From Candidatus Iainarchaeum sp. (GTDB taxonomy: Archaea > Iainarchaeota > Iainarchaeia > Iainarchaeales > VGJJ01): a stretch of 64,000 nucleotides of DNA. The notes under the pieces were generated by a model. The model saw only the letters and a program-made list of their open reading frames with translations, was not told the DNA's origin and made no database searches. Numbering within the stretch: the stretch's first letter is position 1; the number at the start of each line of letters is the position of its first letter. The DNA is taken from the NCBI GenBank assembly GCA_043803765.1, contig JAZDJQ010000018.1, positions 64,001 through 128,000 of the forward strand, in the 5' to 3' direction. Positions 48,984-59,379 of the stretch are shown piece by piece. The position numbers and the translations under genes are program-made.

Positions 48984-49676
48984 ATGACACTGCACCACTT
49001 TATCAACGAGATTCTTGGCCAAGGAAAGAAAGAGAACCAAACCCCCTTGAACGTAGAAAAAACTCCATCCAAACGCACAAGAAAGATCCAAAAAATCCAG
49101 AAAATATGCATCGACATGGCCATCGACATCGTAAAAGCAGGAGAAGGAGGATTATTCGTCATTGGGGAAACGAAAAACTATTCCATTCTTTTCCCAAACC
49201 TTTTCGAAAACACAACAACAACCATTTTCGACAAGGGAATGGACAAAGTATTAGTCAAACTAGGACAAATCGATGGCGCTATCGTCATCGACTCCGGAGG
49301 AAAAATAAAAGCATACGGCGCCCACCTTACACGACAAATAGCCCACCCCGGGCATGGAACACGGCATGCCGCAGCAAAAGGAATTTCCGTACAACCCGGG
49401 GTTACCGCAGTGCTCGCATCACAAGAAGACAAAATGGTACGAATATTCAAGGGAGGCGTGCAAATGGTCGAAATCAACCCCCACACCAAAGGAGTAGAAA
49501 CCCATTTGGACAAAATAGTAAACTTCATCAACAAGCCTGAAGCGGCACTCGTAACAGGAGCAGCAGTAGGAAGCACCGTGCTAGGGGTTGCACTACTTCC
49601 CGGAATAGTAGTATTTGCAGGAGGATACCTACTCGCAAGCAAAATATTCGGATTAGCGAAAGATACGCGGAAATAA
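48984..49676 (+). CDS. DisA_N/DAC diadenylate cyclase-domain protein with C-terminal hydrophobic segment
   Basis: GGLFVIG, IDGA, GTRHAAA, SQE. Confidence 0.85.
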   Translation: MTLHHFINEILGQGKKENQTPLNVEKTPSKRTRKIQKIQKICIDMAIDIVKAGEGGLFVIGETKNYSILFPNLFENTTTTIFDKGMDKVLVKLGQIDGAIVIDSGGKIKAYGAHLTRQIAHPGHGTRHAAAKGISVQPGVTAVLASQEDKMVRIFKGGVQMVEINPHTKGVETHLDKIVNFINKPEAALVTGAAVGSTVLGVALLPGIVVFAGGYLLASKIFGLAKDTRK

Positions 49677-49924
49677 ACCAAATGGCTTTCTCCCCGCCAA
49701 AAGGACAAGGTATCAGCCGTTTTTCCTGACCTTCAGTATAATACAGAGGCATTACGATACCCACAATCCGTTAGAATCGCATGGTTCTCAAAAGGTCAAA
49801 TGACACCATGACAATAGTAAAAAAAAGGCGTTATTGAACAATAGAATAAAATCCAAGCAAATGGAAAGAATTAACAGGGAGAACACATTGTACTTGTTTG
49901 AATTTCCACTCGGAGGCAATCCAT

Positions 49925-50302
49925 ATGACCGGTTACACTACCAACATCGAAAATAAAACAATCCAAAATGAATTCTACCGAAAAGTATTATTTACGGGAA
50001 AAAAAATACAACTCGTAGTCATGTCCATTCGCGTAGGAGAAGACATTCCACTCGAAACACACCCCAAAACAGACCAATTCATCCGCATCGAAAAAGGAAC
50101 GGCGTTCGTTAAAATAGGAGAAGAAGAACACACGCTCAATGAAGACGAAATCGTCATCATTCCAGCCGGAAATCCCCACTACGTAAAAAATGCCTCCCCA
50201 ACTAAAGTATTGAAACTCTATTCATTATACGCCCCACCCGAACACCCGGATGGAACGATTCACAAAACATGCAAAGATGCGGCGAAAGCCGAGCATCATT
50301 GA
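49925..50302 (+). CDS. Cupin domain protein
   Basis: ETH...DQFIRIE.G, IPAG..H, YAPPEH. Confidence 0.88.
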   Translation: MTGYTTNIENKTIQNEFYRKVLFTGKKIQLVVMSIRVGEDIPLETHPKTDQFIRIEKGTAFVKIGEEEHTLNEDEIVIIPAGNPHYVKNASPTKVLKLYSLYAPPEHPDGTIHKTCKDAAKAEHH

Positions 50303-50319
50303 CAACGAAGAAAAACAAT

Positions 50320-50412
50320 ACGGGGCGGGAGAGATTCAGAACGCACCCCTTTTTCTTTAAAAGAAAAAGTCGCGCCCGGTCAAAAAGAACAACCCATTCA
50401 CAAAAAACAAAA
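50320..50412 (-). mobile_element. tRNA-anchored mini-element with duplicated tRNA-Pro 3' end
   Basis: ACGGGGCGGGAGAGATT at 50320 and 50412; minus strand reads ...CCGGGCGCGACTTTTTC...GAAAAAGGGGTGCG-TTCTG-AATCTCTCCCGCCCCG. Confidence 0.7.
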
Positions 50413-50485
50413 CGGGGCGGGAGAGATTTGAACTCTCGCCTGCACCTCCCGAAGGTGCAATCCTACCAGGCTAGACGACCGCCCC
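50413..50485 (-). tRNA. tRNA-Pro(CGG)
   Basis: GGGGCGG/CCGCCCC-G; GCACC-TTCGGGA-GGTGC; GAGAG-TTCAAAT-CTCTC. Confidence 0.93.
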
Positions 50486-50554
50486 AGTAAAAACAGTCGT
50501 ATCTCACACTGTGTGAAATACCCTTAAAAATGGGCTTTCCATTGGTTGGGCAGT

Positions 50555-51769
50555 ATGGAACCCTTTAAGCGCATCACATTCATTTTTGCCGCATACGCTT
50601 TTTGTGTTGTACTCGCGGATCCCATTTTTGGTATTTATTTAACAGGAAAAGGATACGACCCCGCATGGCTGTCCATCATCCTCTCATCGTTTTCATTAAC
50701 CATGATCGCGGCAGCCCCGCTCATCGGAGGAATATCCGACAATTGGGGACGCAGACCACTTGTATTGTTTGGAATTGGAGCAGAAATCATTGCACTCTTA
50801 ACGTATGCGATGTTCACCCACCCGCTCATCATCTTTTTAGCACGAGTATTAGAAGCATGCGCCTATGCAAGCGTTATCTTTGTGGCCATTGCTAAAATGG
50901 AAGACATAGTGGCCGAAAGAAAAGAAACAAAATTAGGAGAAAAAATAGGAAAAAGTCTTTCCATTGGAAAAATAGGATTTGTACTCGGACCAGTAGTAGG
51001 AGCATTCATTGCAACAAAATGGGGACTAACAGCCCCTTTCTATGTTGGTGCAGGATTGCTCGTGATGTTAGGAATATGGTACCTTTTTGAGAAACATCAC
51101 ATTCATCCCAAACCACCACTCGAAAAATTAGAATTCAATCTTATTCCACGCTTCCGCGAATACTTAAAAAATCCCCCACTCAGGGGATTGGCATTCGTAG
51201 AAGTAGCCCACCAAACCAGCATGCCCGTATTGTTCGTATTCTTTCCCCTCTTTTTAGTGCAGGATTTAGGATTATCAATCGAATTAGTAGGAATAGCCAT
51301 TTTAGTAAGAGAAATACCCATGCTACTCCAGTTCTGGACGGGAAAAATAACCGATTCGTGGGGATCACGCAAAAGTATTCTTATTGGAAGCAGCTTGGCA
51401 GGAATCGCCATGATCGGATTATCGCAAGCGCACACATTCGATGCAGTATTAGTCGCATCTTTCCTATTTGGAGCAGGAACCAGTTTGCTTGGAATCAGCA
51501 GCCTATCACTCATCTCGGGCATCGCAGAAAAAACAAAACAAGAAGGAACATTTCTAGGGACACAAGTGGGAATCAGCAAGGGAGGAGCATTCGTTTCCTA
51601 TATTTTAATAGGAGTCCTCGTAGAAATAACCAGTATTCCAACCGCCCTCCTCACCATAGGAGCAATCATCCTATTAGGGGTCATTATTGGAGAAAACGAT
51701 TTAGGATACAAGACTTTCCCACTACCCTCACCCAAACGCCTCGTGAGCGGGCTATTCCATCACCGATAA
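50555..51769 (+). CDS. MFS transporter
   Basis: GGISDNWGRR and GKITDSWGSRK motif A; about 12 TMs. Confidence 0.92.
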   Translation: MEPFKRITFIFAAYAFCVVLADPIFGIYLTGKGYDPAWLSIILSSFSLTMIAAAPLIGGISDNWGRRPLVLFGIGAEIIALLTYAMFTHPLIIFLARVLEACAYASVIFVAIAKMEDIVAERKETKLGEKIGKSLSIGKIGFVLGPVVGAFIATKWGLTAPFYVGAGLLVMLGIWYLFEKHHIHPKPPLEKLEFNLIPRFREYLKNPPLRGLAFVEVAHQTSMPVLFVFFPLFLVQDLGLSIELVGIAILVREIPMLLQFWTGKITDSWGSRKSILIGSSLAGIAMIGLSQAHTFDAVLVASFLFGAGTSLLGISSLSLISGIAEKTKQEGTFLGTQVGISKGGAFVSYILIGVLVEITSIPTALLTIGAIILLGVIIGENDLGYKTFPLPSPKRLVSGLFHHR

Positions 51770-51809
51770 AATATAGGCTTTAAAGGGCATTCAACCCCCA
51801 ATCCAGAGT

Positions 51810-53777
51810 ATGAGTGGAACTGAAAAACCATCTGCCCACCATGAAGTCACATGCGGATTAGAAGTACACCAGCAATTAGACACGGGAAAATTATTCTCAC
51901 GATGCCCCACCGTTATGCATGAAAAAGCACCGGATTTCACATTCAAAAGAAAACTACACGCAGTAGCAAGCGAATTAGGAAAAATGGACATCGCGGCAAT
52001 AGAAGCCGCAGGAAAAGGAAACACCTACATCTACCAAGGAAACTATGACAATACCAGTCTCGTAGAAATGGATGAGGAACCCCCTTCTTCTATGGATGAC
52101 GACGCATTACGCGTGGCAATCGAAGTAGCTCTTTGCTGCCACGCAACCATTGTAGATGATGTTCTAGTCATGCGAAAAAATGTAGTGGATGGAAGCAACA
52201 CATCCGGGTTTCAACGGACAACACAACTCGCAATAGGAGGAGAATTAATCATCGCCAATGGAAAAAAAATCAGACTCCAAGGAGTAGCAATTGAAGAAGA
52301 CTCGGCACGACCCATGGAACGAAAAGGAAGCGAAGTCACATATCGATTAGACCGACTTGGATTCCCACTCATTGAACTTGCCACGCAACCGGACATTCAT
52401 ACACCCGAGGAAGCAAAACTCACCGCACTCAAAATGGGAGAAGTCATGCGCATCACCGGAAAAGTAAAAAGAGGACTAGGAACAATACGACAAGACATTA
52501 ACATTTCCATTCCGGGAGGAGCTAGAGTAGAATTGAAAGGAGTACAGGAATTAGAACTAATTGATGAATACGTACGAAGAGAAATGAACCGGCAAAAAAA
52601 ACTACTCACACTCAAGGAGATGCTCAGCCAAGAAGGACTAACCAAAGAAATGATTGAAAGCCAAAGCGGAGTAGATATAACGCCTATTCTAAAAAATAAC
52701 CAAGCAAAAATGATACGAAACGCATTGGAAAAAAAACACGCGATTCACGCGGTAAGACTACCCCACATGAAAGAAAAATTGAGAATAGAAGTCCAACCAA
52801 ATAGGCGCGTTGGGAGTGAAATCTCATCCTACGTAAAAGTCAAAACAGGACTCATGGGGCTATTACACGGAGACGAATTACCCGGATATGGAATAACACA
52901 AGAAGAAGCACAACACATTTACGAGAACATACACGCGAAACAAGAAGATAGTTTTGCTATCGTCATGGGATCGCTCAACCAAGTGGAACACGCCATTCAT
53001 GTAATAAAAGAACGCACTGCACACCTACTGGAAGGAATACCCGAAGAAACAAGGAATGCAATTGAAGGAGGAAATTCGGAATACTCACGACCACTACCCG
53101 GAGCGTCACGAATGTATCCTGAAACCGACATCAAGCCTATCCATATTGAAGAAGAATGGATAGAAGAAATACGAAAAAATCTGCCAATGTGGGGAGAAGA
53201 GAGAAAAAAATACTACACACAAAAAGGATTATCCGAAAAACTAGCGGAAGAAATGATGCTCGACAACAAAGCACGATTCTTTGAACACTTATTGAAAGAA
53301 GGATACGATCCTACAACCTGCGCAACGCTGCTGCTCTCCACGCTCAACACGATACGAAGAGAAAACCCATTCGTGGATTGCCTCACGAATCAACAATTGG
53401 AAAACCTCCTCGAGAACGAAAGAAAAAAACTAATCATGCGGGAACATTTTCCTACTATTCTACGTGAATGGGTACAGCGCCCAGAAGAATCACTAAGCGA
53501 AATCATGACACATGTTAAAGTGGAAACCGCCCAGGAAGGAGAAGTAGAACGCATCATCAAACAAATAGTAGACAAAAACGAACACTTAGTATTAATCAAA
53601 GGAAAGAATGCCCAATCTGCACTAATGGGAATAGCCATGCAAGCATTAAGAGGAAAAGCACAAGGATATTTCATTGCACAAGCGTTAGAAAAAGAACTCG
53701 AAAAACGCACGGAAAAAAATAACACTTTTCATGGAGAAAACTTTTCCCACAACGATACAAATTCTTTTTCAAACTGA
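51810..53777 (+). CDS. gatE: Glu-tRNA(Gln) amidotransferase subunit E
   Basis: GLEVHQQL, DGSNTSGFQRT, GLGTIRQD, RMYPETD. Confidence 0.95.
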   Translation: MSGTEKPSAHHEVTCGLEVHQQLDTGKLFSRCPTVMHEKAPDFTFKRKLHAVASELGKMDIAAIEAAGKGNTYIYQGNYDNTSLVEMDEEPPSSMDDDALRVAIEVALCCHATIVDDVLVMRKNVVDGSNTSGFQRTTQLAIGGELIIANGKKIRLQGVAIEEDSARPMERKGSEVTYRLDRLGFPLIELATQPDIHTPEEAKLTALKMGEVMRITGKVKRGLGTIRQDINISIPGGARVELKGVQELELIDEYVRREMNRQKKLLTLKEMLSQEGLTKEMIESQSGVDITPILKNNQAKMIRNALEKKHAIHAVRLPHMKEKLRIEVQPNRRVGSEISSYVKVKTGLMGLLHGDELPGYGITQEEAQHIYENIHAKQEDSFAIVMGSLNQVEHAIHVIKERTAHLLEGIPEETRNAIEGGNSEYSRPLPGASRMYPETDIKPIHIEEEWIEEIRKNLPMWGEERKKYYTQKGLSEKLAEEMMLDNKARFFEHLLKEGYDPTTCATLLLSTLNTIRRENPFVDCLTNQQLENLLENERKKLIMREHFPTILREWVQRPEESLSEIMTHVKVETAQEGEVERIIKQIVDKNEHLVLIKGKNAQSALMGIAMQALRGKAQGYFIAQALEKELEKRTEKNNTFHGENFSHNDTNSFSN

Positions 53778-54289
53778 GAGTTTAACTCATTTGAATGAAT
53801 CACGAGAACATTCTCATTATTCCCGCTCACCCCATTTCCCGTCCAATTCATACTGCCCGTAATAACCCCATCATTATCCACCACGGCAAACTTATGATGC
53901 ATTAAATTAGGATTCGTATCAATACGAACCGGAATACCTTTCTCTGCCAGTTCATCATGCAAAGAAAATTGACTACCCGCCTGTTGCTTTTCCACAATCA
54001 CCCGAACGTCTAATCCTCTTTTGTGGGCAGCCATTACCGCATCAGCCAAATTTTGATTCGTAAAAGAATACATGGCAATCCACACACGAGAATGGGCATT
54101 ATTAAGAAATTGAATAGGAATAGACTCGCAACTGAGAGAAGGACAGAACGCAGACTGAATACCCGAAAAGGAAACAGAAGAAGAAGGAGCCGATACAAGC
54201 CCGGTTAAAGGAAGCCACTGGGGAAAAAACAATCCCACCATAAACGATAGCAAAAGCAACCCAAAAAGGAACTTAATAGAAAAATTCAT
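53729..54289 (-). CDS. Secreted PLD-family (Nuc-like) nuclease, single HKD motif
   Basis: MHHKFAVVD...GSMNW...N.EN. Confidence 0.88.
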   Translation of the reverse strand: MNFSIKFLFGLLLLSFMVGLFFPQWLPLTGLVSAPSSSVSFSGIQSAFCPSLSCESIPIQFLNNAHSRVWIAMYSFTNQNLADAVMAAHKRGLDVRVIVEKQQAGSQFSLHDELAEKGIPVRIDTNPNLMHHKFAVVDNDGVITGSMNWTGNGVSGNNENVLVIHSNELNSQFEKEFVSLWEKFSP

Positions 54290-54358
54290 TATCCGAAAAA
54301 GGGCTGGGGGGAATTAAAAGCCTATTTAAGGAAAAGTTCCCTATTAACCACACGGAAA

Positions 54359-54431
54359 AGCCCCGTCGTCTAGTGGTCAAGGATATCGGACTTTGAATCC
54401 GAGGACCGGCGTTCGAATCGCCGCGGGGCTA
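54359..54431 (+). tRNA. tRNA-Gln(UUG)
   Basis: AGCCCCG/CGGGGCT-A (A1-U72); TCGGA-CTTTGAA-TCCGA. Confidence 0.95.
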
Positions 54432-54535
54432 CTTTCTCACCGGCCTACGGCGGGTGAAAAACACCCGCCTCAGTAGTCCATTAGCGCCGGCTGATAATGC
54501 GGCCGGTTCGGTATCGCTACGAGGCTACTTTCTCA
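54432..54535 (+). mobile_element. tRNA-anchored mini-element with diverged duplicate of the tRNA-Gln 3' end
   Basis: 54417-54439 versus 54513-54535 is 20/23 identical; preceded by GGCCGGTTCG. Confidence 0.65.
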
Positions 54536-54632
54536 TGGGTGGGCAAAACGCCCCTATATTAATCCTCCCTTTCAAGATTGGTAAATACCCATGCATTCGA
54601 TATCTTACACACACCAAGGTATCCATTCTAAC

Positions 54633-56033
54633 ATGGAAGAAAACTACCACCCGATGAACACCATCTCTTTTTCTCCATTCGTAAAAAAAGCAGTCGACGA
54701 ATTGGGATATATTCAATGGACCCCTATTCAAGAAAAATCGATTCCCATCATTCTTGAAGGAAAAGACATCATTGGGCAATCTCACACTGGAAGCGGGAAA
54801 ACGGCCGCATTCGGACTACCTATCATTGAACGCATTCAACCCAATGGACGCGTGCAAGTGCTTATTCTCGTTCCCACCCGTGAATTAGCCGAACAAGTCA
54901 TGCAACAAATGAGAAAATTTTCCAAATACAAACGAGTGAGCATTACATCCGTATATGGAGGAGTAGGATTAGGAGCCCAAATCCAACACCTGCGAAAAAC
55001 CGATATTGTAGTAGGAACCCCGGGACGAATACTTGACCATTTATCACGCGGAACATTCAACCCTGAAACAGTAAATGTACTTGTCTTAGACGAAGCGGAC
55101 AGAATGCTGGACATGGGATTCATTCGGGATATGAAAAAAATAATGAGCCAACTACCAAAAAAAAGACAAACCATGCTGTTCTCTGCCACCATCACAACCG
55201 AAGTACAACATATCGCACAACAATTCATGCAACACCCACACATTGTCAAAGCAGAGGAATTCACAGACAAACCAAAATTAGAACAAACATTCTATGATTT
55301 AGGAAGAAAAGGAGACCAAAAATTCGGATTACTACTCCACATACTCAAAACAGAAAAACCAGCCCATGCTATTATTTTCGCCGGAACAAGAAGAATGGTG
55401 GACAAAGTAGAACGAAACCTCAACAAACAAAACATTCACGCACAAGCCATTCACGGAGGTTTGTCACAAAACCAACGCAAACGGACGATTGATGAATTTC
55501 ACCGAGGAACATTTCATGTGCTGGTTGCGAGCGATATTGCCGCAAGGGGACTCGACATACAGGATGTATCCCATATTATTCATTATAACATTGCCCGCAC
55601 GCCAAACGAATACATTCACCGCTCAGGAAGAACAGGAAGAGCAGGAAAAAAAGGAAAAATAATCTCCATTGTAACACCGCCTGACAATGCCTTTTTCAGG
55701 GCAATTTTCAGGGACACAACGCACAACTTGAAAGAGTTGCCCTTGCCCGAATTTGAGAATATTCCATTTGGCAATGCAAAAGGAAACAGGAGAGAAGAAA
55801 ATTATTCTCCTCATACAACATATGGACAACAAGGAAGAGGACAACGATTTTTCCCACGAAAAAGAGAAATAGAAGGAAAACCATTCTGGAGAGAAAAACA
55901 AGGGAAAAAAATAGGAAACAAACCCAATTGGAAAGGGAAAAAAACCTTTGCCAAAAAAAATTACACACAACGAGAGGAAATCAAGATAATAAAACATTTT
56001 GGGTTACAGCACGCACCAAAAGACGATAGATAA
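54633..56033 (+). CDS. DEAD-box RNA helicase
   Basis: TGSGKT, PTRELA, DEAD, SAT, ARGLD, HRSGRTGR; basic tail. Confidence 0.95.
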   Translation: MEENYHPMNTISFSPFVKKAVDELGYIQWTPIQEKSIPIILEGKDIIGQSHTGSGKTAAFGLPIIERIQPNGRVQVLILVPTRELAEQVMQQMRKFSKYKRVSITSVYGGVGLGAQIQHLRKTDIVVGTPGRILDHLSRGTFNPETVNVLVLDEADRMLDMGFIRDMKKIMSQLPKKRQTMLFSATITTEVQHIAQQFMQHPHIVKAEEFTDKPKLEQTFYDLGRKGDQKFGLLLHILKTEKPAHAIIFAGTRRMVDKVERNLNKQNIHAQAIHGGLSQNQRKRTIDEFHRGTFHVLVASDIAARGLDIQDVSHIIHYNIARTPNEYIHRSGRTGRAGKKGKIISIVTPPDNAFFRAIFRDTTHNLKELPLPEFENIPFGNAKGNRREENYSPHTTYGQQGRGQRFFPRKREIEGKPFWREKQGKKIGNKPNWKGKKTFAKKNYTQREEIKIIKHFGLQHAPKDDR

Positions 56034-56047
56034 GGTTGAGTGAAATC

Positions 56048-57555
56048 ATGCATCAACTAGAAAACTTTTTGCAAAAAGCCCGAACGATCGCCGTTGTCTG
56101 CAACCAGTGGGGGGATACGGGAAAAGGAAAACTCGTCGACATGCTCGCCGAAAATTGGGCCGACATTATCGCACGCGGAACGGGAGGAGCAAATGCAGGA
56201 CACACTGTAGTAAACCAAGGAAACGAATACATTTTCCACCTGATTCCATCCGGAATTCTCCACGATCAAAAAGGGAAAATAAACATTTTAGGAGAAGGAA
56301 TGGTCATTGACCCTCACATTCTGATTGAGGAAATAGAAAAACTAGAGAACATGGGATTCACCTGCACACATCTACGCATCTCCCACAACGCCAAATTAGT
56401 AATGCCACACCACATCCTGCTCGACCGAATAAAAGAATCAAAAAAAAAGAAGAAAAAATAGGGACCACCGGCAGAGGAATAGGTCCTGCATATGAAGACC
56501 ATATTGGAAGAAGAGGAATAACCGCAAACGACCTAAACAACACGACTATTTTTAATCAAAAAATAACCCAAGCCTGCACACAGGCAAAAAATCAATTGAA
56601 GGCAATGGAAGCAGAAAAAGAAACGATTGAAACAATCATGAAAAGCCCCGCGCTCCAAAAAGGACGATTTTGGGATGAGGAAAAAATATTCAATATAGAA
56701 GAAATCATCCAAACGTATACTCAAGAGTATGGAAAAAAACTCAAACCATTCATCTCAGATACTGAAACATTCATGCGCCAAAACGTGGGAAGAAAAAATA
56801 TCCTATTAGAAGGAGCACAAGGGCTACTGCTAAGCGTCGACTATGGAACACGGCCCTATGTCACATCCTCCGATCCATCCATCCGAGGACTCGCCAAGGG
56901 AGTGGGGTTGTTAGAAAGCAATGTGGATTTGACAATTGGAATAGCCAAAGCCTACATGACACGAGTTGGAAAAGGACCATTCCCAACTGAAATGGGAGGA
57001 AAACAATCCGAAATACATTGCGATAATCATGCCAACAACCGAGAATACGAAAAAGCCCAATTCACCGAGGCCAACATCAACCATTCCAACCCCCTTCTCC
57101 AAGGAATTGGATTTAGGATTGCAGGAGGAGAATACGGAGCCACCACCAAACGCCCTAGAAGGACAGGATGGCTCGATTTGGTCGCACTCAAATACGCCAT
57201 GCAAGTAAATGGAAAGGCCCTCTTTCTAACCAAAGTAGACGTATTAGACGCATGTACTGAAATCAAACTCTGCAACCAATACCGATACACGGGACCAGAT
57301 TATTTCTTTGGAGGAAAAACATTCCACGAAGGAGATATCATAAACTCATTCCCAAATGACAGCACCATCCTCGCAAATGTGGAACCGCAATATCAAACAC
57401 TCAAAGGATGGAAAAAAGACACATCCAAAATACACCTCGAAAATGAACGACCAACCGAAATGAACGAAATGATTCATATCATCGAAAAAGAAACAGGCGG
57501 AAAAGTCATTGGCCTGTCAAACGGTGCGGAGAGAGAAAAGATATTGTTCTTCTAA
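56048..57555 (+). pseudogene. purA: Adenylosuccinate synthetase split by a -1 frameshift in an A9 run (programmed shift, slippage or error)
   Basis: QWGDTGKGK and GGANAGHT in frame 0 up to TAG 56459; KIGTTGRGIGPAY, EGAQG and GATTKRPRR in the -1 frame. Confidence 0.85.
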
Positions 57556-57617
57556 CCCGAACCGATTTGGGGCAAGATTGGGAATGGTTTATAACCCAAA
57601 ACCACGCTCTCATTGAA

Positions 57618-59369
57618 ATGAAAACCATTCCAACGTGGAACCTTTCTACCTTATTCAAAACAGAAAAAGAGTTACACCAATTAGTAAAAAAAATCGAAGA
57701 AAGAGCAAATCGTTTTACGCACTATCGAAAACAACTCGAAAAACCTTCCCGCATGCTGATAAACACCATCATGGAAGAAAAAGAAAAAATTCACGAAGAA
57801 ATGAACAAAGTTGGAGCGTACGCTCACTTACAATTCTCCCAAAATACACAAGACGAAAAAGCCAAAACACTCGAATCACAAATAGGAAAAACGTTCACAC
57901 GTATAGGAAACAAGATGCTTTTTTTTGACTTATGGTGGAAAAAACAGGATGAAAAAAAAGCACGCTCATTACTCCCGCAAAATAAAGAATACACATTTAT
58001 CCTAACCGAATCACGAAAGCACGCAAAATACGCACTAAGCGAAAAAGAAGAACAATTAGCCAACATCAAAGATGATACAGGAGAGGAAGCACTATTGAAA
58101 GTGTATAACATCCTCACAAACGCCTACACATTCCCATGGAAAAGCGAAGGAAAAACGACTCTTATTTCAGAGGAAGAATTGAAAAAGTATTTCAAGTCAC
58201 CAAACCCAAAAGAACGAGAGGAAGCGTATGATTTGTTATGGGAAAAAAGCAAGAAAGAAAGCCCCGTGTTAGGAGAAATATACCGGAACTTGGTATTGGA
58301 TTACTGGAATGAAGGAATCCACCTGCGAAAATACAAAAGCCCCGTCACCATCCGGAACATGGGAAATGACTTACGTGATGAAATAGTAGATACCTTTCTT
58401 GACGTGTGCGAAAAAAACACAGAAATATTCCAGGATTATTTTGAATGGAAAATGAAAAAAATACGCGTTCCATTATCCCGATACCATGTGTATGCCCCAC
58501 TTCCCCACCCCAGAGGAAAGTGGACGTTTGAAGAAGGATATGAAACCGTGATGCAGGCATACGAAGAATTTTCCCCCCGATTCAAAGAAGAAGCCCATCG
58601 CGTACTGAAAGAAAAAAGAATGGACGCACAACTTAGAAAAGGAAAAAGAGGAGGGGCATTCTGCATGGGCATTATTCCGGGAGAAACAAGTTTTGTTCTC
58701 CTGAATTGGATGGGAAACTACCACGACCTCTCCACGCTAGCACACGAATTAGGACACGCAACGCATAACCATTTGGCGGGAAAACACTCTATTTTTACCC
58801 ATCACGCAGGGCTGCCTCTTGCGGAAACCGCCTCCACTTTTAGTGAAATGCTATTGAATGAAAAAATACTGCGCGAAAGCAAGGATGCACAACTTAAACA
58901 ATACATTTTAGCTCACCAAATCGATGACGCATATGCCTCCATTCAAAGACAATCGTATTTTTGCTTATTTGAAAAAGAAGCATTCAACCTTATCCAAGAA
59001 GGAAAAACAATGGATGACGTTCACCATGCCTATTCTTCCAATCTCCGAAAACAATTTGGAAAAAAAATGCACATTCCAAAAGATGCAATGTATGAATGGC
59101 TAAACATCCCCCATTTATTCGAACAGCCATTTTATGTGTATGCATACGCGTTCGGACAATTACTCGTGTATGCGTTCTACCAACAATATGAGAAGGAAGG
59201 AAACGAATTCGTTAAACGCTATGAAAAATTCCTAACGTATGGAGGGAGCGAGCATCCTGAAAAGATGCTAATAGAGATGGGATTCGACCCAGCCAAAAAA
59301 AGAAGCTGGACAAACGGGTTCGATTTCCTTGAAAAAAAACTACAGCACCTCAAAAAAATGGAAGAATGA
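57618..59369 (+). CDS. pepF: M3B oligoendopeptidase F
   Basis: WNLSTLF, KRGGAF, TLAHELGH, AETAS, FYVYAY. Confidence 0.92.
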   Translation: MKTIPTWNLSTLFKTEKELHQLVKKIEERANRFTHYRKQLEKPSRMLINTIMEEKEKIHEEMNKVGAYAHLQFSQNTQDEKAKTLESQIGKTFTRIGNKMLFFDLWWKKQDEKKARSLLPQNKEYTFILTESRKHAKYALSEKEEQLANIKDDTGEEALLKVYNILTNAYTFPWKSEGKTTLISEEELKKYFKSPNPKEREEAYDLLWEKSKKESPVLGEIYRNLVLDYWNEGIHLRKYKSPVTIRNMGNDLRDEIVDTFLDVCEKNTEIFQDYFEWKMKKIRVPLSRYHVYAPLPHPRGKWTFEEGYETVMQAYEEFSPRFKEEAHRVLKEKRMDAQLRKGKRGGAFCMGIIPGETSFVLLNWMGNYHDLSTLAHELGHATHNHLAGKHSIFTHHAGLPLAETASTFSEMLLNEKILRESKDAQLKQYILAHQIDDAYASIQRQSYFCLFEKEAFNLIQEGKTMDDVHHAYSSNLRKQFGKKMHIPKDAMYEWLNIPHLFEQPFYVYAYAFGQLLVYAFYQQYEKEGNEFVKRYEKFLTYGGSEHPEKMLIEMGFDPAKKRSWTNGFDFLEKKLQHLKKMEE

Positions 59370-59379
59370 AAAAAATAAC

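Noticed and set aside
56459-56461. Pyrrolysine or stop read-through of the TAG in purA
   Set aside because: The downstream conserved sequence is in the -1 frame, so read-through would not restore the protein.
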